36,989 bases of DNA from Candidatus Bathyarchaeota archaeon (GCA_028275385.1 JAPWUR010000003.1:1-36989), one strand, 5' to 3'. Positions 17,446-27,877 are shown, numbered from the stretch's first letter. Numbers and translations are program-made. The notes: generated by a model from the sequence alone, not told the origin.

Positions 17446-19122
17446 TTACTCCTCGCTGCTGCTACTACTAGAGCTCTCGCCTTCCTCGCTCTCGGAGCGG
17501 CCCTTCGATGGCGTGGAGGTCTCCTTGGACTTCCCGGCCGCTATGACGTCGTCGATCCTCAATATCATCGAGGCGGCCTCGGTGGCCGATTTGATGACCT
17601 GCTCCTTAACGACCAATGGCTCGATGACGTTGTTCTTGTACATGTCCTCCACCTTCCCGCTGAATGGATTGACCCCGGCCCATTTCTCCCCCTTCTCATG
17701 GCGGGACCTCAGCTCAACGAGTATATCGATCGGGTCCAGCCCTGCGTTCTCCGCCAAGGCGGTCGGTATCTCCTCCAAGGCCTCGGCGAAGGCCATCACG
17801 GCGAGCTGTTCCCGCCCGGAGAGCGTGCCGGCAAAGCGCTTCAATTGAACGGCGAGCTCCATCTCGGGGGCTCCGCCGCCGGCGACGATCTTCGGGGTTT
17901 GGACGACGTCCCTGACCACCGCTAGCGCGTCGTGTATGCCCCTCTCCAGCTCATCGACTATGCGCTCCGCGCCGCCCCTCGCCAATATCGTGACCGATTT
18001 GGACTCCTTGCATCCCTCGATGAAGGTCATCTTATCGTCCGCGACCTTCCTCTCCTCCACGAGCTTGGCGGTTCCAAGGTCGGAGGGCTTTAGATCCTCT
18101 ATGTTGGTGACTATCCTTCCGCCGGTCGCCTTGGCCAGCTTCTCCATATCGGATTGCTTGGCCCTCCTCACCGCCAATATTCCCTTCTTGGCCAGGAAGT
18201 GCTGGGCTATGTCGTCGATGCCCTTCTCGCATATCACCACGTTCGCGCCTGCGGACGCGATCTTCTCCACCATATTCCTAAGGATCCTCTCCTCCTCGTC
18301 GAGGAATGCCTTCATCTGGTTCGGGTCCTGGATGTTTATCTTGGCGTCGAACTCCGTCTTCTCCACCTCCAAGGGGCAGTTCAAGAGGGCTATCTTCGCA
18401 TTCTCCACGCGCTTCGGCATACCGGGGTGAACGACCTCCTTGTCCAATACGATGCCATCGATCAGCTTCGTATCCGTCACGGAACCGCCGGCCTTTTTCT
18501 CCACCTTGACGTCGTCTATGTCCACCTTGTAACCCTCGGGGGTCTTCTGGGCGACCTTGAGTATGGCCTCCACGGCCATATCGGCTATCATATCCGCATG
18601 CTCGGCGGACGTCTTGCTCGCTTGGGAAACCGCGGCGATCCTCTTGAGGACCTCCTTATCGGTCGGGCTTACGTCGATCGCGATGCTCCTGAGGATCTCG
18701 AGGGATTTCTCGGCGGCCCTGCTGAAGCCGTCCACTATGACCGTTGGGTGGACCTCCTTCTCTATCAGCTTCTCGGCCTTCTCCAAGAGGGCGCCGGCCA
18801 GCACGACCGCGGTCGTCGTCCCATCCCCGACCTCATCGTCCTGGGCCTTGGCCACCTCGGCCATCATCTTGGCGGCCGGGTGCTGTATGTCCATCTCCTT
18901 CAGCATTACGGCGCCGTCCCCTGTGATTGTGACGTCCCCGAAACTCGAGACGAGCATCTTGTCCATGCCCTTGGGGCCCAAGGAGGACTTGACGCTCTCG
19001 GCTATGACCCTAGCCGCCATTATGTTGGCCCTTTGGGCCTCCCTCCCCCTGGTCCTCGTAGTGCCCTCCTTGAGTATCAGTACGGGTACCCCTCCTATGG
19101 AGGCGGGCACAGCTTCTGCCAA
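17446..19122 (-). CDS. ths: Thermosome subunit (group II chaperonin) with a Ser/Glu-rich tail
   Basis: [23 protein letters not shown] and ILRIDDVI motifs; GAGGTGA SD upstream of the TTG. Confidence 0.97.
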   Translation of the reverse strand: MAEAVPASIGGVPVLILKEGTTRTRGREAQRANIMAARVIAESVKSSLGPKGMDKMLVSSFGDVTITGDGAVMLKEMDIQHPAAKMMAEVAKAQDDEVGDGTTTAVVLAGALLEKAEKLIEKEVHPTVIVDGFSRAAEKSLEILRSIAIDVSPTDKEVLKRIAAVSQASKTSAEHADMIADMAVEAILKVAQKTPEGYKVDIDDVKVEKKAGGSVTDTKLIDGIVLDKEVVHPGMPKRVENAKIALLNCPLEVEKTEFDAKINIQDPNQMKAFLDEEERILRNMVEKIASAGANVVICEKGIDDIAQHFLAKKGILAVRRAKQSDMEKLAKATGGRIVTNIEDLKPSDLGTAKLVEERKVADDKMTFIEGCKESKSVTILARGGAERIVDELERGIHDALAVVRDVVQTPKIVAGGGAPEMELAVQLKRFAGTLSGREQLAVMAFAEALEEIPTALAENAGLDPIDILVELRSRHEKGEKWAGVNPFSGKVEDMYKNNVIEPLVVKEQVIKSATEAASMILRIDDVIAAGKSKETSTPSKGRSESEEGESSSSSSSEE

Positions 19123-19204
19123 TTTGGATCACCTCAAGCTTTCCCGCTCTTGGAGGAGAAAAAAGCCTCAGATATAAACTTTTTATCGCCGGGTTCGCGA
19201 TCGA

Positions 19205-19615
19205 TTAAGTGGATATCGGGCCATAGCTAATTACCTTGGCCCTACCCTCCCGCTCCAATAGGGCCCTCAGCTCCTCGGGGTCCAGGGCGCATTTCGAAAC
19301 GTCCATTATGGCATGCCACTCGGCGGATTCCCCCCTCCTAAGGGTCCTGGATTGGCTCCAAAGCAGGTCCACGCCCTTTGAGGCCAATATCCCCGCGACG
19401 TTCGCGAGCGCCCCGGGCTCATCCCTGAGGCGGACCCTGAGCTCCGATAACTTCGCGCCGTGGTCGGCGAATGGCAATACCCTTATCTCCTTGGTCTTCG
19501 GCTCCGCGATCAATAGGAAGGACATCCCCTCGGCGAGCCCGAGCGTATTCCTTATGGACGAGGGCAGGAGGATCCTGCCCTTGGAATCCATCTTCACTAT
19601 CTCGGATACCCTCAT
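19205..19615 (-). CDS. AbrB/MazE/SpoVT-type DNA-binding domain fused to an ACT domain (putative amino-acid-responsive regulator)
   Basis: VKMDSKGRILLPSSIRNTLGLAEG (AbrB) and LRDEPGALANVAGILASKGVDL (ACT). ATG 19615 lies about 25 nt from the TATA box, consistent with a leaderless transcript. Confidence 0.85.
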   Translation of the reverse strand: MRVSEIVKMDSKGRILLPSSIRNTLGLAEGMSFLLIAEPKTKEIRVLPFADHGAKLSELRVRLRDEPGALANVAGILASKGVDLLWSQSRTLRRGESAEWHAIMDVSKCALDPEELRALLEREGRAKVISYGPIST

Positions 19616-19640
19616 CCCCTTGCCGTTTTCGCGAGATATG

Positions 19641-19681
19641 TTTATAAATGTGAATATCGTGGGCAAAATCCCACAATATTC
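19641..19681. promoter_or_regulatory. Palindromic TATA box (TTTATAAA, 19641-19648) and adjacent inverted repeat GAATATCGTGGG-N6-CCCACAATATTC (19652-19681); candidate operator
   Basis: The arms match at 11 of 12 positions. The element lies in the 86-nt gap between the divergent AbrB-ACT gene and hisZ. Confidence 0.6.
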
Positions 19682-19701
19682 CCACGAAGGTCGGGCATTC
19701 G

Positions 19702-20955
19702 ATGCTCAGGACCCCCCTCGGGACCAGGGATTACGCCCTCGAGGAGGCGGAGGCCTATAGCCGCCTGGAGCGCGCGCTGGAGCGGACCTTCGAGCTTTGG
19801 GGCTATAGGGAGGTGCGAACCCCCTGCCTCGAGTCGCTCGAGGTGTTCTCGGGGACCATAGGCCCAGGCGCCGTGGATAGGGCGTTCAAGTTCCAGGATT
19901 ACGACGGGAGGCTCTTGGCTTTGAGGGCCGAGGGTACCGCCCCAACGGCGAGGCTCTTCGCCTCAACCCTAATAAACGCCCCCCGCCCCTGCAGGCTGTT
20001 CTATATCGCGAAGGTCTTCAGGTTCGCGACCGATTTCCCGGGGGACTTCAGGGAATTTTCCCAAGCCGGCGCGGAGCTGATAGGATCGGGGGAGCCATCC
20101 TCGGACGCGGAGGTCATGGCGCTCTCGATAGCCGCCCTGGAGGACCTGGGGCTCGGGGGAAGGGGCCTCAGGATCGATTTGGGGCACGCGAACCTGATGA
20201 GGGAGCTAATCTCCCGCCTCCTGGGCGGCCCGGATGGGGAGCGCGCCCTCGATCTGCTCAGGAGGAGGGATCTTAGGGGGGCGCTGAGCTTATTCAAGGG
20301 GAGGGGTTTGCCCCCCGAGGCCTACGATTCCATAGCGGGGCTCCTGAGATGCCGGAGGGCGGATGAGTTTTTGGCAATGGATATTCCCATCGCGGACGCG
20401 GGGATTCGCGAAATGCTGAAGGGCTTCGCTGGCGTAATAGAGGAGGCGGAGGAGTACGGCATAGGCGATAAGCTCTTCCTGGATTTCTCGCTCATAAGGG
20501 ATTTGGAATATTACACCGGGGCGATCTTCGAGATCTCGATGGAGGGGCTCGGGGTGCCGGTTGGCGGCGGGGGCAGATACGATGCCCTCATAGAGAAGTT
20601 CTGCGGGCTCAGGATCCCGGCCGTCGGCTTCGCCCTGAACCTGAATAGGCTCATGGAGGGCATGGGCGCGGGATCGCTCCGCGAGGATCGGCGCAAGAGG
20701 GTCATTATACGATCCAAGAATAGGCGCGAGGCAATCGAGATCGCGAGGGAGCTAAGGGGGAAGGGGATAATCGCGGTCGTTTCCCTTGAAAGGGATGATT
20801 CCCTCTCCAAGGGAGGTGAGCTCGAGGGGTTCGATTACCTAATCGTCCCGAGCGGGGATGGATCGCTGAGGATCGCGGATCTGAGGAGCGGGGCCGTCAA
20901 GGCATCGAGCTTGGAGGGGCTCTTGGCCGAGCTGGGGGGAGGGGGCTTTGAATAG
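19702..20955 (+). CDS. hisZ: ATP phosphoribosyltransferase regulatory subunit (HisRS-like)
   Basis: GTRD, LRAEGT, REFSQAGAE, YYTG and GGGRYD motifs. The HisRS ERPQxGR loop is degenerate and the gene precedes a short HisG. Confidence 0.85.
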   Translation: MLRTPLGTRDYALEEAEAYSRLERALERTFELWGYREVRTPCLESLEVFSGTIGPGAVDRAFKFQDYDGRLLALRAEGTAPTARLFASTLINAPRPCRLFYIAKVFRFATDFPGDFREFSQAGAELIGSGEPSSDAEVMALSIAALEDLGLGGRGLRIDLGHANLMRELISRLLGGPDGERALDLLRRRDLRGALSLFKGRGLPPEAYDSIAGLLRCRRADEFLAMDIPIADAGIREMLKGFAGVIEEAEEYGIGDKLFLDFSLIRDLEYYTGAIFEISMEGLGVPVGGGGRYDALIEKFCGLRIPAVGFALNLNRLMEGMGAGSLREDRRKRVIIRSKNRREAIEIARELRGKGIIAVVSLERDDSLSKGGELEGFDYLIVPSGDGSLRIADLRSGAVKASSLEGLLAELGGGGFE

Positions 20956-21595
20956 GAGGATGAGGTTGGCGATGCCGAGCAAGGGCAGGTTGCACGGCCC
21001 ATCGCTGGATCTCCTTCGCAGGGCCGGCATCGAGTTGCTCTCCGAGGGCAGATCGTATCTTTCGGAAACCTCGGATCCATCCCTCGAGGTGATCCTCGTG
21101 AGGGCCAAGGACGTGCCCCTGTACCTCCACTACGGCGCTGCCGATTTGGGCATAACGGGATACGACCTCATAGTGGAGAGGGGCGCCGATCTATACGAGC
21201 TGCTGAGCCTTCCATATGGCGAATGCAAGCTCGTGGTGGCCGCGCCTGAGGATTCCGATATACGATCCATCGAGGACGTCGAGCCGGGGAGCGTCGTCGC
21301 CACATCGCACCCTAGGATCGCGAGCAAATTCTTCGAGGGAATGAACAAGGACGTCGAGGTTTTGGAGCTCGAGGGCTCGGTGGAGCTCGCGCCGAGGCTC
21401 GGCCTCGCGGATCTGATAGTGGATATATCATCGAGCGGGGAGACCCTGAGGAGGAACGGTTTGAGGGCCATCTGCACCATTTTGGAATCGACGGCCAAGC
21501 TGGCTTGCAACAAGGTATCCTATAGGGCGTTCGAGGATCGCGTAGAGGGCCTAGTTAGGAGGATCGAGGGAGCCCTGGGGGAATGGGCGCCATGA
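20948..21595 (+). CDS. hisG: ATP phosphoribosyltransferase, short form
   Basis: AMPSKGRL, DLGITGYD, GSVELAP and IVDISSSGETL motifs; no C-terminal regulatory domain. Start is 20948 or 20960. Confidence 0.95.
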   Translation: MNRRMRLAMPSKGRLHGPSLDLLRRAGIELLSEGRSYLSETSDPSLEVILVRAKDVPLYLHYGAADLGITGYDLIVERGADLYELLSLPYGECKLVVAAPEDSDIRSIEDVEPGSVVATSHPRIASKFFEGMNKDVEVLELEGSVELAPRLGLADLIVDISSSGETLRRNGLRAICTILESTAKLACNKVSYRAFEDRVEGLVRRIEGALGEWAP

Positions 21596-22881
21596 GGGTG
21601 CTGCGCGGGAGGGGGGAGGGGGAGGCGTTCCTTAATAAGCTAAGGGATAGGAGGGGCGAGGAGTTCGAGAGGGCATCGAGGGTCGTCGAGAGGATAATAA
21701 GGGACGTCAGGAAGTTCGGGGATCGCGCGCTGAGGAAATATACCAAGAAGTACGACGGCGTCGCCATAGGAGGATTGAGGGTAAGCCCCGAGGAGCTGGA
21801 GCTTTCGATGAGGGGCTTGGGGGAGGATGGGATCCGGGCCCTGAGGATGGCTAAAGGGAATTTGGAGCGATTCCATGCGGCCCAGCTGAGAGGGGGTTTC
21901 TCGATCGAGATCGCGGAGGGCGCGGAGATCGGGCAGCTCCCCAGGCCCCTTGGCCGCGTCGGGGGATACGTCCCCGGCGGGAGGCGCCCATATCCATCCT
22001 CGCTGATGATGTGCGCGATCCCGGCTTTGGTGGCCGGCGTTAAGGAGGTCGCCATTTGTACGCCGCCAGGCGAGGAGGGGCGCGTTCACGGGGCCGTCCT
22101 GGCCGCGGCGGGGATATGCGGCGTCGGGGAGGTCTATAGGGTGGGCGGCGCCCAAGCGATAGCGGCCATGGCCTATGGGACGGAGAGCATCGAGAGGGTC
22201 GATAAGATAGTGGGCCCTGGGAACATTTACGTTACCATCGCGAAGCTCCTCGTAAGGGACGACGTAGCCGTGGATCTCCCGGCCGGGCCGAGCGAGATCG
22301 TCATAATAGCGGATTCATCGGCGAACCCGAGGTTCGTGGCCGCCGATCTATTGGCCCAAGCCGAGCACGGCCCGACCTCCCTGGCCATCGTGCTCACGGA
22401 TTCGAGGGACCTGGCGGAGGCCGTTGGGGAGGAGGTCGAAGGGGAATTGGCCTCTGCGGATCGCGTTGTCGCGGACGCCATAAAGGGGAATGGCGCCATA
22501 GTGATATTGGATGATATCGGGGAATGCGTTGGGCTCGCGAACGCCATAGCCCCGGAGCATTTGGAGATAATGGTCAGGAGGCCCGAGGCGCTTTTGGATT
22601 CGATCGAGAGCGCCGGCGCCGTATTCTTGGGCGAATATTCTCCGGTGGCCCTCGGGGATTATTCGGCGGGCCTCAACCACGTGTTGCCGACGCGCGGTTT
22701 CGCCAAATATTACTCGGGGCTTTCGAGCTGGGACTTCGTCAGGTGGTTGAACTACTTGAAGTGCTCCAGGGAGGGCTTCGAGAGGCTGTGCGGGGCGGCG
22801 ATCGAGCTGGCCGAGATCGAGGGCTTCGGGCATCATTCAAGGTCCCTCAGGGTCAGGCTGGGAAGGGGGAGGGCGGGATGA
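21583..22881 (+). CDS. hisD: Histidinol dehydrogenase
   Basis: YVPGG, GGAQAIAA, GPGNIYV, AGPSE, QAEH, APEHL and GDYSAGLNHVLPT motifs. Confidence 0.96.
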   Translation: MGAMRVLRGRGEGEAFLNKLRDRRGEEFERASRVVERIIRDVRKFGDRALRKYTKKYDGVAIGGLRVSPEELELSMRGLGEDGIRALRMAKGNLERFHAAQLRGGFSIEIAEGAEIGQLPRPLGRVGGYVPGGRRPYPSSLMMCAIPALVAGVKEVAICTPPGEEGRVHGAVLAAAGICGVGEVYRVGGAQAIAAMAYGTESIERVDKIVGPGNIYVTIAKLLVRDDVAVDLPAGPSEIVIIADSSANPRFVAADLLAQAEHGPTSLAIVLTDSRDLAEAVGEEVEGELASADRVVADAIKGNGAIVILDDIGECVGLANAIAPEHLEIMVRRPEALLDSIESAGAVFLGEYSPVALGDYSAGLNHVLPTRGFAKYYSGLSSWDFVRWLNYLKCSREGFERLCGAAIELAEIEGFGHHSRSLRVRLGRGRAG

Positions 22882-24056
22882 GGGAATTGGCTGGGATCGC
22901 TCTGCCGTATATTGCGGAGGGCTTCGACCCCTCCAACATACGAAGGATCGCCGTCGATTTCGACGGCGTCATATCGAGCGCGAGCAAACCCTTCTACGAG
23001 GCGATCTCCCAAGCCGTCGATCGATATTATAACGCCATATTGGGCCTCGAGGGCCAAGGGGGGCTCGTGAGCCATGGGGATATATCGGCCATGAAGGGCA
23101 CGGGGCTCTTCAACAACGATTGGGACCTGACGCGCATCCTCATAGCCTACTACCTCGCCCTGGCCTATAGGGAGCTGGAGGGGAGGGGGGCAGCCGAGGG
23201 ATTCCTCCTCAGGCTCGGTAGGGGCTCGCCGGGGGATCCGATCGGCTGGCTCAAGGGCCTTGGGGGATATATGCGCTCCGAGGGCATAGATTTGGGGGGC
23301 TTGGCCGAGGCCAAGAGGGAGTTCCCGATAGGGGCCCTCGCCTCCAAGCTCGGGGCCGGGGGGCTCGGCGGGGAGGGTGCCATAGATGGGGTCGTAGGGT
23401 TCGTAATGCCGAGGGGGGGAGGGGAATTGGCGCGCGCGTTGAGGCGCCTCGTCGGATTCGATGCGGAGGGGATCGATCTCGTAAGGGAGCTGTTCGAGGA
23501 GATATATTTGGGCCCAAGCCTCTACCGGAGGTTCTACGGCAGGGAGCCCCCGATCGGCTTGGGAGGGGGGCGTGAAGGGCTGATGGCATTGGAGCGCCCC
23601 CTCCCAAGCAAGGAGGCCCTGAGGAGGCTCTCCGATGCCTTCGGGAGGTTGGGCATATATTCCGAGCGCCCCAGGGCGCAGGCCGAATACTTGCTGGAGA
23701 ATTGGGGGCTCTCGGACGCGTTCGACCTCTCGAGCTCCGCCTTCGTGGAGGATATCGCGAATTGCGCCTCCTTGGCGGGCGCCCCCCGCTCGGCCATGGG
23801 GAAGCCCAATCCGCGGCCCTTCCTGAAATTCCTGGAATCATTCAGCGGGGACCTCGATGCCATATACGTCGGGGATTCCCCATCCGATCTCCACCTGGTT
23901 TCGAACGCGAGAGCGATGGGGCGCGAGGGCATATCGTTCGCGGGGGTCCTGAGCGACTGCGAGGATCCGGGGGGTACTGCCCGCGCCTTCCGGAGGGGAG
24001 GGGCCTCGGCCATAATGTGGGATCTGAACCAATTGCCGGAGGTGCTGGGCGTTTGA
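22878..24056 (+). CDS. HAD-superfamily hydrolase with a large cap; candidate histidinol-phosphate phosphatase
   Basis: Motif I VDFDGV, motif II IYSERP, motif III GKPNP, motif IV YVGDSPSD. ATGA overlap with hisD and TTGA overlap with hisB. Confidence 0.8.
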   Translation: MRELAGIALPYIAEGFDPSNIRRIAVDFDGVISSASKPFYEAISQAVDRYYNAILGLEGQGGLVSHGDISAMKGTGLFNNDWDLTRILIAYYLALAYRELEGRGAAEGFLLRLGRGSPGDPIGWLKGLGGYMRSEGIDLGGLAEAKREFPIGALASKLGAGGLGGEGAIDGVVGFVMPRGGGELARALRRLVGFDAEGIDLVRELFEEIYLGPSLYRRFYGREPPIGLGGGREGLMALERPLPSKEALRRLSDAFGRLGIYSERPRAQAEYLLENWGLSDAFDLSSSAFVEDIANCASLAGAPRSAMGKPNPRPFLKFLESFSGDLDAIYVGDSPSDLHLVSNARAMGREGISFAGVLSDCEDPGGTARAFRRGGASAIMWDLNQLPEVLGV

Positions 24057-24643
24057 GCGGGGAAAGGGCCCGCAGGGCCAAGATAGAAAGGAGGACCTTG
24101 GAAGTGAGCATAAGCGGGGATCTCGATATAGACGGCTCCGGGAGGGCCAAGGTTTCTACGGGCATACCCTTCTTCGATCACATGCTCAGCACCCTAGCCA
24201 AGCACGCCCTCTTCGATTTGGAGCTGACCGCCAAGGGGGACTTGGAGCACCATTTGATAGAGGAGGTGGGCATAGCCCTGGGGTCGGCGATAGACGCCGC
24301 CCTCGGGGATAGGAGGGGGATAAGGAGGTTCGGCTCCGCCCTGATCCCGATGGATGAATCGCTCGCGAGCGCAGCGGTCGATCTGAGCGGAAGGGGCTTC
24401 GCGCGATTGAGCTTGGGGCTCCGCGATTCTGTGGAGGGCTTCAGGGCGGAGTGGCTCGAGCATTTCCTAAGATCCCTCGCGATGTCCTCGCGGGCGACGA
24501 TCCACGTGAACCTGGTCTATGGGAGCGATGAGCATCACAAAGCCGAGTCCTCCATCAAGGCCCTCGCCAGAGCCCTGAGGGATGCCGTTAGCATGGATTG
24601 GAGGATCCCGGGGGAGATCCCGAGCGTGAAGGGGGGATTATGA
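24053..24643 (+). CDS. hisB: Imidazoleglycerol-phosphate dehydratase
   Basis: TGIPFFDHML, GDLEHHLIEE, PMDES, DLSGR and HHKAES motifs; TTG 24053. Confidence 0.95.
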   Translation: MSGERARRAKIERRTLEVSISGDLDIDGSGRAKVSTGIPFFDHMLSTLAKHALFDLELTAKGDLEHHLIEEVGIALGSAIDAALGDRRGIRRFGSALIPMDESLASAAVDLSGRGFARLSLGLRDSVEGFRAEWLEHFLRSLAMSSRATIHVNLVYGSDEHHKAESSIKALARALRDAVSMDWRIPGEIPSVKGGL

Positions 24644-25252
24644 ATGCCGACGATACTCGTGGCGAACTACGGCGTTGGCAACCTCAGGAGCCTGAGGAGG
24701 GGATTGGAGCGGGCCGGGGCGCGCGCCGCCATAGGATTGGGGCCCGAGGAGCTCGAGGCCGCGGATGGCATCGTCCTGCCAGGGGTCGGGGCCTTCCGGG
24801 CCGCGATGGAGGGGCTGGGCGCCATAAGGGAGGCGCTCATGGAGCAAGTGGAGGCGGGGAAGCCGCTCCTCGGGATCTGCCTCGGGATGCAACTCCTCCT
24901 ATCCAAGAGCTACGAGAACGGCGTTTGGGATGGGCTCGGCCTAGTGAGGGGGGAGGCCACGAAGCTGCCGGGATCCGTGAAATTGCCCCACATGGGATGG
25001 GACGAGGTCATCATAACCAGGGATTCGGAGATAGCGGAGGGCATCCCGAGCGGGGCCCTCATGTATTTCGCGCATTCCTATGCCCCGGAGCTATCGGATG
25101 GTTCGGTGGAGGTCGCCCATACCGATTACGGGAGGAAGTTCGCTTCCATAATAGAGCGCGGGAACATATTCGGAACGCAATTCCATCCGGAGAAGAGCGG
25201 GGGGCCCGGGATAGGGCTCCTGAGGAACTTCGTATCCATCGTGAAAAGGTGA
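24644..25252 (+). CDS. hisH: Imidazole glycerol phosphate synthase, glutaminase subunit
   Basis: YGVGNL, LPGVGAF, GICLGMQ, PHMGW and QFHPEKS motifs. Confidence 0.96.
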   Translation: MPTILVANYGVGNLRSLRRGLERAGARAAIGLGPEELEAADGIVLPGVGAFRAAMEGLGAIREALMEQVEAGKPLLGICLGMQLLLSKSYENGVWDGLGLVRGEATKLPGSVKLPHMGWDEVIITRDSEIAEGIPSGALMYFAHSYAPELSDGSVEVAHTDYGRKFASIIERGNIFGTQFHPEKSGGPGIGLLRNFVSIVKR

Positions 25253-25259
25253 TGGCGGG

Positions 25260-25976
25260 TTGTACATCATACCGGCGGTGGATATAATGGGGGGCAAATG
25301 CGTTAGGCTCCTGCGCGGAGCCCCGGATGCGAGGATCGAGTATTACGAGGATCCAGTCGAGGCCGCTAAGCTTTGGGAAGCCATGGGGGCGGAATGGATC
25401 CACGTCGTGGACTTGGATAGGGCCATGGGGACCGGGGATAACCGCGATGTGGTATACGCCATACTCCGGGAGGTCGATTCCAAGGTCCAAGTCGGAGGGG
25501 GGATAAGGAGCCTGGAGGAGGCGGGCGAGATGCTAGATAGGGGGGCCTCCAGGGTGGTGGTTGGGACGAGGGCCATCAGGGATCCGGATTTCCTGCCGAG
25601 CCTGGCGAGGGCCTTTGGGAGCGAGAGGATCGCGGTTGCGATCGATGTGAAGGGAGGGGGGATCGCCATCGAGGGCTGGAGGAAGGTCGCGGGGTTGGAT
25701 CCCTTGGCTTTCGCGAGCAGCCTCAGGGGCGCTGGATTCCTCGTGCTAACGCTCGCGGATCACGATGGAACCCTCAGGACGCCCGCCTTGGGGATCGTTG
25801 AGGAGGTCAAGAGGGTCGCCCCGATGCCCCTGATAGTCGGGGGCGGGGTGAGCGATCTCGAGGGCCTGAGGGCCTTGGCGAGGATGGGGGTTTGGGGGGT
25901 GATAATCGGGAGGGCCCTTTACGAGGGCGTATTGGATTTCAAAGCCGCGGTGGAGGCGATCGCCGATGTTGGCTAA
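25260..25976 (+). CDS. hisA: ProFAR isomerase
   Basis: IIPAVDI, HVVDLD, QVGGGIR, DGT and IIGRALY motifs. Confidence 0.95.
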   Translation: MYIIPAVDIMGGKCVRLLRGAPDARIEYYEDPVEAAKLWEAMGAEWIHVVDLDRAMGTGDNRDVVYAILREVDSKVQVGGGIRSLEEAGEMLDRGASRVVVGTRAIRDPDFLPSLARAFGSERIAVAIDVKGGGIAIEGWRKVAGLDPLAFASSLRGAGFLVLTLADHDGTLRTPALGIVEEVKRVAPMPLIVGGGVSDLEGLRALARMGVWGVIIGRALYEGVLDFKAAVEAIADVG

Positions 25977-26736
25977 GAGGATAATACCGTGCTTGGATGT
26001 CAAGGACGGGAAGGTCGTGAAGGGCGTGAAATTCGAGAACCTGAGGGTCGAGGGCGACCCGGTCGAGCTCGCCTCGTATTATGAGGAATCGATGGCCGAC
26101 GAGCTGGTATTCCTCGATATAACGGCATCGAAGGAGAAGAGAAAGATATTGATCGATGTCGTAGAAAAGGTCGCCGATGTGCTGACGATACCCTTCACGG
26201 TCGGAGGGGGGATAGGCGACCTTGGGATGATACAGGAGCTTTTGTGCGCCGGGGCCGATAAGGTATCGTTGAATACCGCAGCCGTGAGGGACCCGGAGCT
26301 CATCAGGGTGGCATCGGATCGATTCGGGAGCCAATGCATAGTTATAGCCATAGATGCGAAAAGGGCCTGGGGGGCCCCGGGGCGCCCCCGATGGGAGGTC
26401 TATATCGAGGGCGGATCCAAGGGGACCGGCCTTGACGCGATCGAATGGGCCAAGAGGGCCGAGGGCCTCGGGGCGGGGGAGATACTCCTCACTAGCATGG
26501 ATAAGGATGGAACCCAAGAGGGCTACGATATAGAGCTGACCCGGGCGATTTGCGAAGCGGTGAACTTGCCCGTCATAGCGAGCGGCGGGGCCGGGGCGCC
26601 GGAGCACATCCTAGAGGTCTTCGAAAGGGGGCTGGCGGATGCCGCTTTGGCGGCTTCGATCTTCCATAGGAATATACATCCGATAATGGAGGTCAAGAGG
26701 TTCTTGGCATCGAGGGGGATCCCGGTGAGGATGTGA
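25966..26736 (+). CDS. hisF: Imidazole glycerol phosphate synthase, cyclase subunit
   Basis: [36 protein letters not shown] and IASGGAG motifs. Confidence 0.97.
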   Translation: MLAKRIIPCLDVKDGKVVKGVKFENLRVEGDPVELASYYEESMADELVFLDITASKEKRKILIDVVEKVADVLTIPFTVGGGIGDLGMIQELLCAGADKVSLNTAAVRDPELIRVASDRFGSQCIVIAIDAKRAWGAPGRPRWEVYIEGGSKGTGLDAIEWAKRAEGLGAGEILLTSMDKDGTQEGYDIELTRAICEAVNLPVIASGGAGAPEHILEVFERGLADAALAASIFHRNIHPIMEVKRFLASRGIPVRM

Positions 26737-26737
26737 A

Positions 26738-27397
26738 ATGGGCGGCGGGAAGGGCGGGATCGAGGACTTGATCGAAAGAGTGGATTTCGAGAAGATGGGC
26801 GGATTGGTGCCAGTCGTGGTGCAGGACTTCGATACCGGGGAGGTCCTCATGCAGGCCTTCATGAACAAGGAGGCCCTCAAGTTGACCCTAGAGACGGGAT
26901 TGATGCATTATTGGAGCAGGACCAGGGGGAGGATATGGATGAAGGGCGAGGAGAGCGGGCATACGCAATCCGTGATTAGCGCGAGATTGGATTGTGATGG
27001 CGATGCGATATTATTCGCGGTGAGGCAAAAGGGCGTTTGTTGCCACACAGGCGAGGGCAGCTGCTTCCATAGGCCCCTCCTTGATGGCCCAGCGGGCGTG
27101 GGCGCGAAGATCCTCGGGGAAGTATTCCAAGTCATAAAGGGGAGGATCGAGGCGCCGCGGCCCGGCTCCTACGTATCCGGCTTGGCCTCAAAGGGGGAGA
27201 ACGCGATATTGAAGAAGCTCGGGGAGGAGGCGGCCGAGTTGGTGATAGCGGCCAAAGAGGGCGAGGGGATTATTCACGAGGCCGCGGATCTCCTATTCCA
27301 CTTGATGGTCCTCCTGGCCTTCAAGGGGGTGGGGCTGGAGGGCGTTTACGCCGAGCTTGAGAGGAGGCGAAGGGGGCGAAGGGCCGAGGGCCCTTGA
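26738..27397 (+). CDS. hisIE: Bifunctional phosphoribosyl-AMP cyclohydrolase / phosphoribosyl-ATP pyrophosphatase
   Basis: WMKGEESG, DCDGD and CHTGEGSCF, followed by KLGEEAAE and EAADLLFH. Confidence 0.95.
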   Translation: MGGGKGGIEDLIERVDFEKMGGLVPVVVQDFDTGEVLMQAFMNKEALKLTLETGLMHYWSRTRGRIWMKGEESGHTQSVISARLDCDGDAILFAVRQKGVCCHTGEGSCFHRPLLDGPAGVGAKILGEVFQVIKGRIEAPRPGSYVSGLASKGENAILKKLGEEAAELVIAAKEGEGIIHEAADLLFHLMVLLAFKGVGLEGVYAELERRRRGRRAEGP

Positions 27398-27493
27398 CCT
27401 GCCCCGCTCGGGTTGGGTCGATCCCCCATCCAACGGTATCCCTGTTCCACTTGGAAACTTTATAATCCCGCCCGGGAATATTTTGCCATCGCA

Positions 27494-27877
27494 ATGGAAG
27501 CGAAGGGCGCGGCGAGCGCGTTGGGCGATGAGGACGCCGTGATCGGCTTGCTCAAGAAGATAAACGAGAACCTGGAGGAACTCAATAGGAAGCTTGATGC
27601 CATGATAAAGATGCAGGAATCGTCGAAGCCCATCGCCAAGGCCATAACATCGGGGGAGATGCCCCTGGATGTGGATACGCTCCTATCCCTGCCGGATCAT
27701 CTGAGGAAGACGGCCTTGGCCATATGCGCCCTGGGCGAGGCGACCGCCACGCAGGTGGCCGCCGAAACCTCCAGGGCCAGGGCGGCCGAGAGCGATTACC
27801 TAAACCAGCTCGTCTCGCTCGGCCTCCTGAAGAAGAAGAGGAAGGGCAGGGATGTTTACTTCTACATCGAGAGGTGA
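27494..27877 (+). CDS. N-terminal coiled coil + winged-helix (ArsR-like) DNA-binding protein
   Basis: LLKKINENLEELNRKLDAM heptads; LPDHLRKTA..GEATATQVAAETSRARAAESDYLNQLVSLGLLKKKRKGRDVYF. TATA box TTTATAA at 27459-27465. Confidence 0.85.
   Translation: MEAKGAASALGDEDAVIGLLKKINENLEELNRKLDAMIKMQESSKPIAKAITSGEMPLDVDTLLSLPDHLRKTALAICALGEATATQVAAETSRARAAESDYLNQLVSLGLLKKKRKGRDVYFYIER

Noticed and set aside
14469-19230. Long antisense ORFs (14469-15698, 18154-19230 and similar ones throughout)
   Set aside because: Expected shadows of high-GC coding sequence; they carry no motifs.
19616-19701. His-codon leader peptide before the his operon (also checked before cimA)
   Set aside because: No short ORF with cognate codon runs was found in either leader.
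19702-20955. Histidyl-tRNA synthetase (hisS)
   Set aside because: The motif-2 loop is degenerate and the gene precedes a short HisG, so HisZ fits better despite the retained C-terminal domain.
22524-22877. N-terminal extension of the HAD ORF (likewise the 23702 extension of hisB)
   Set aside because: These are out-of-frame overlaps with upstream genes. The ATGA and TTGA coupled starts explain the real genes.
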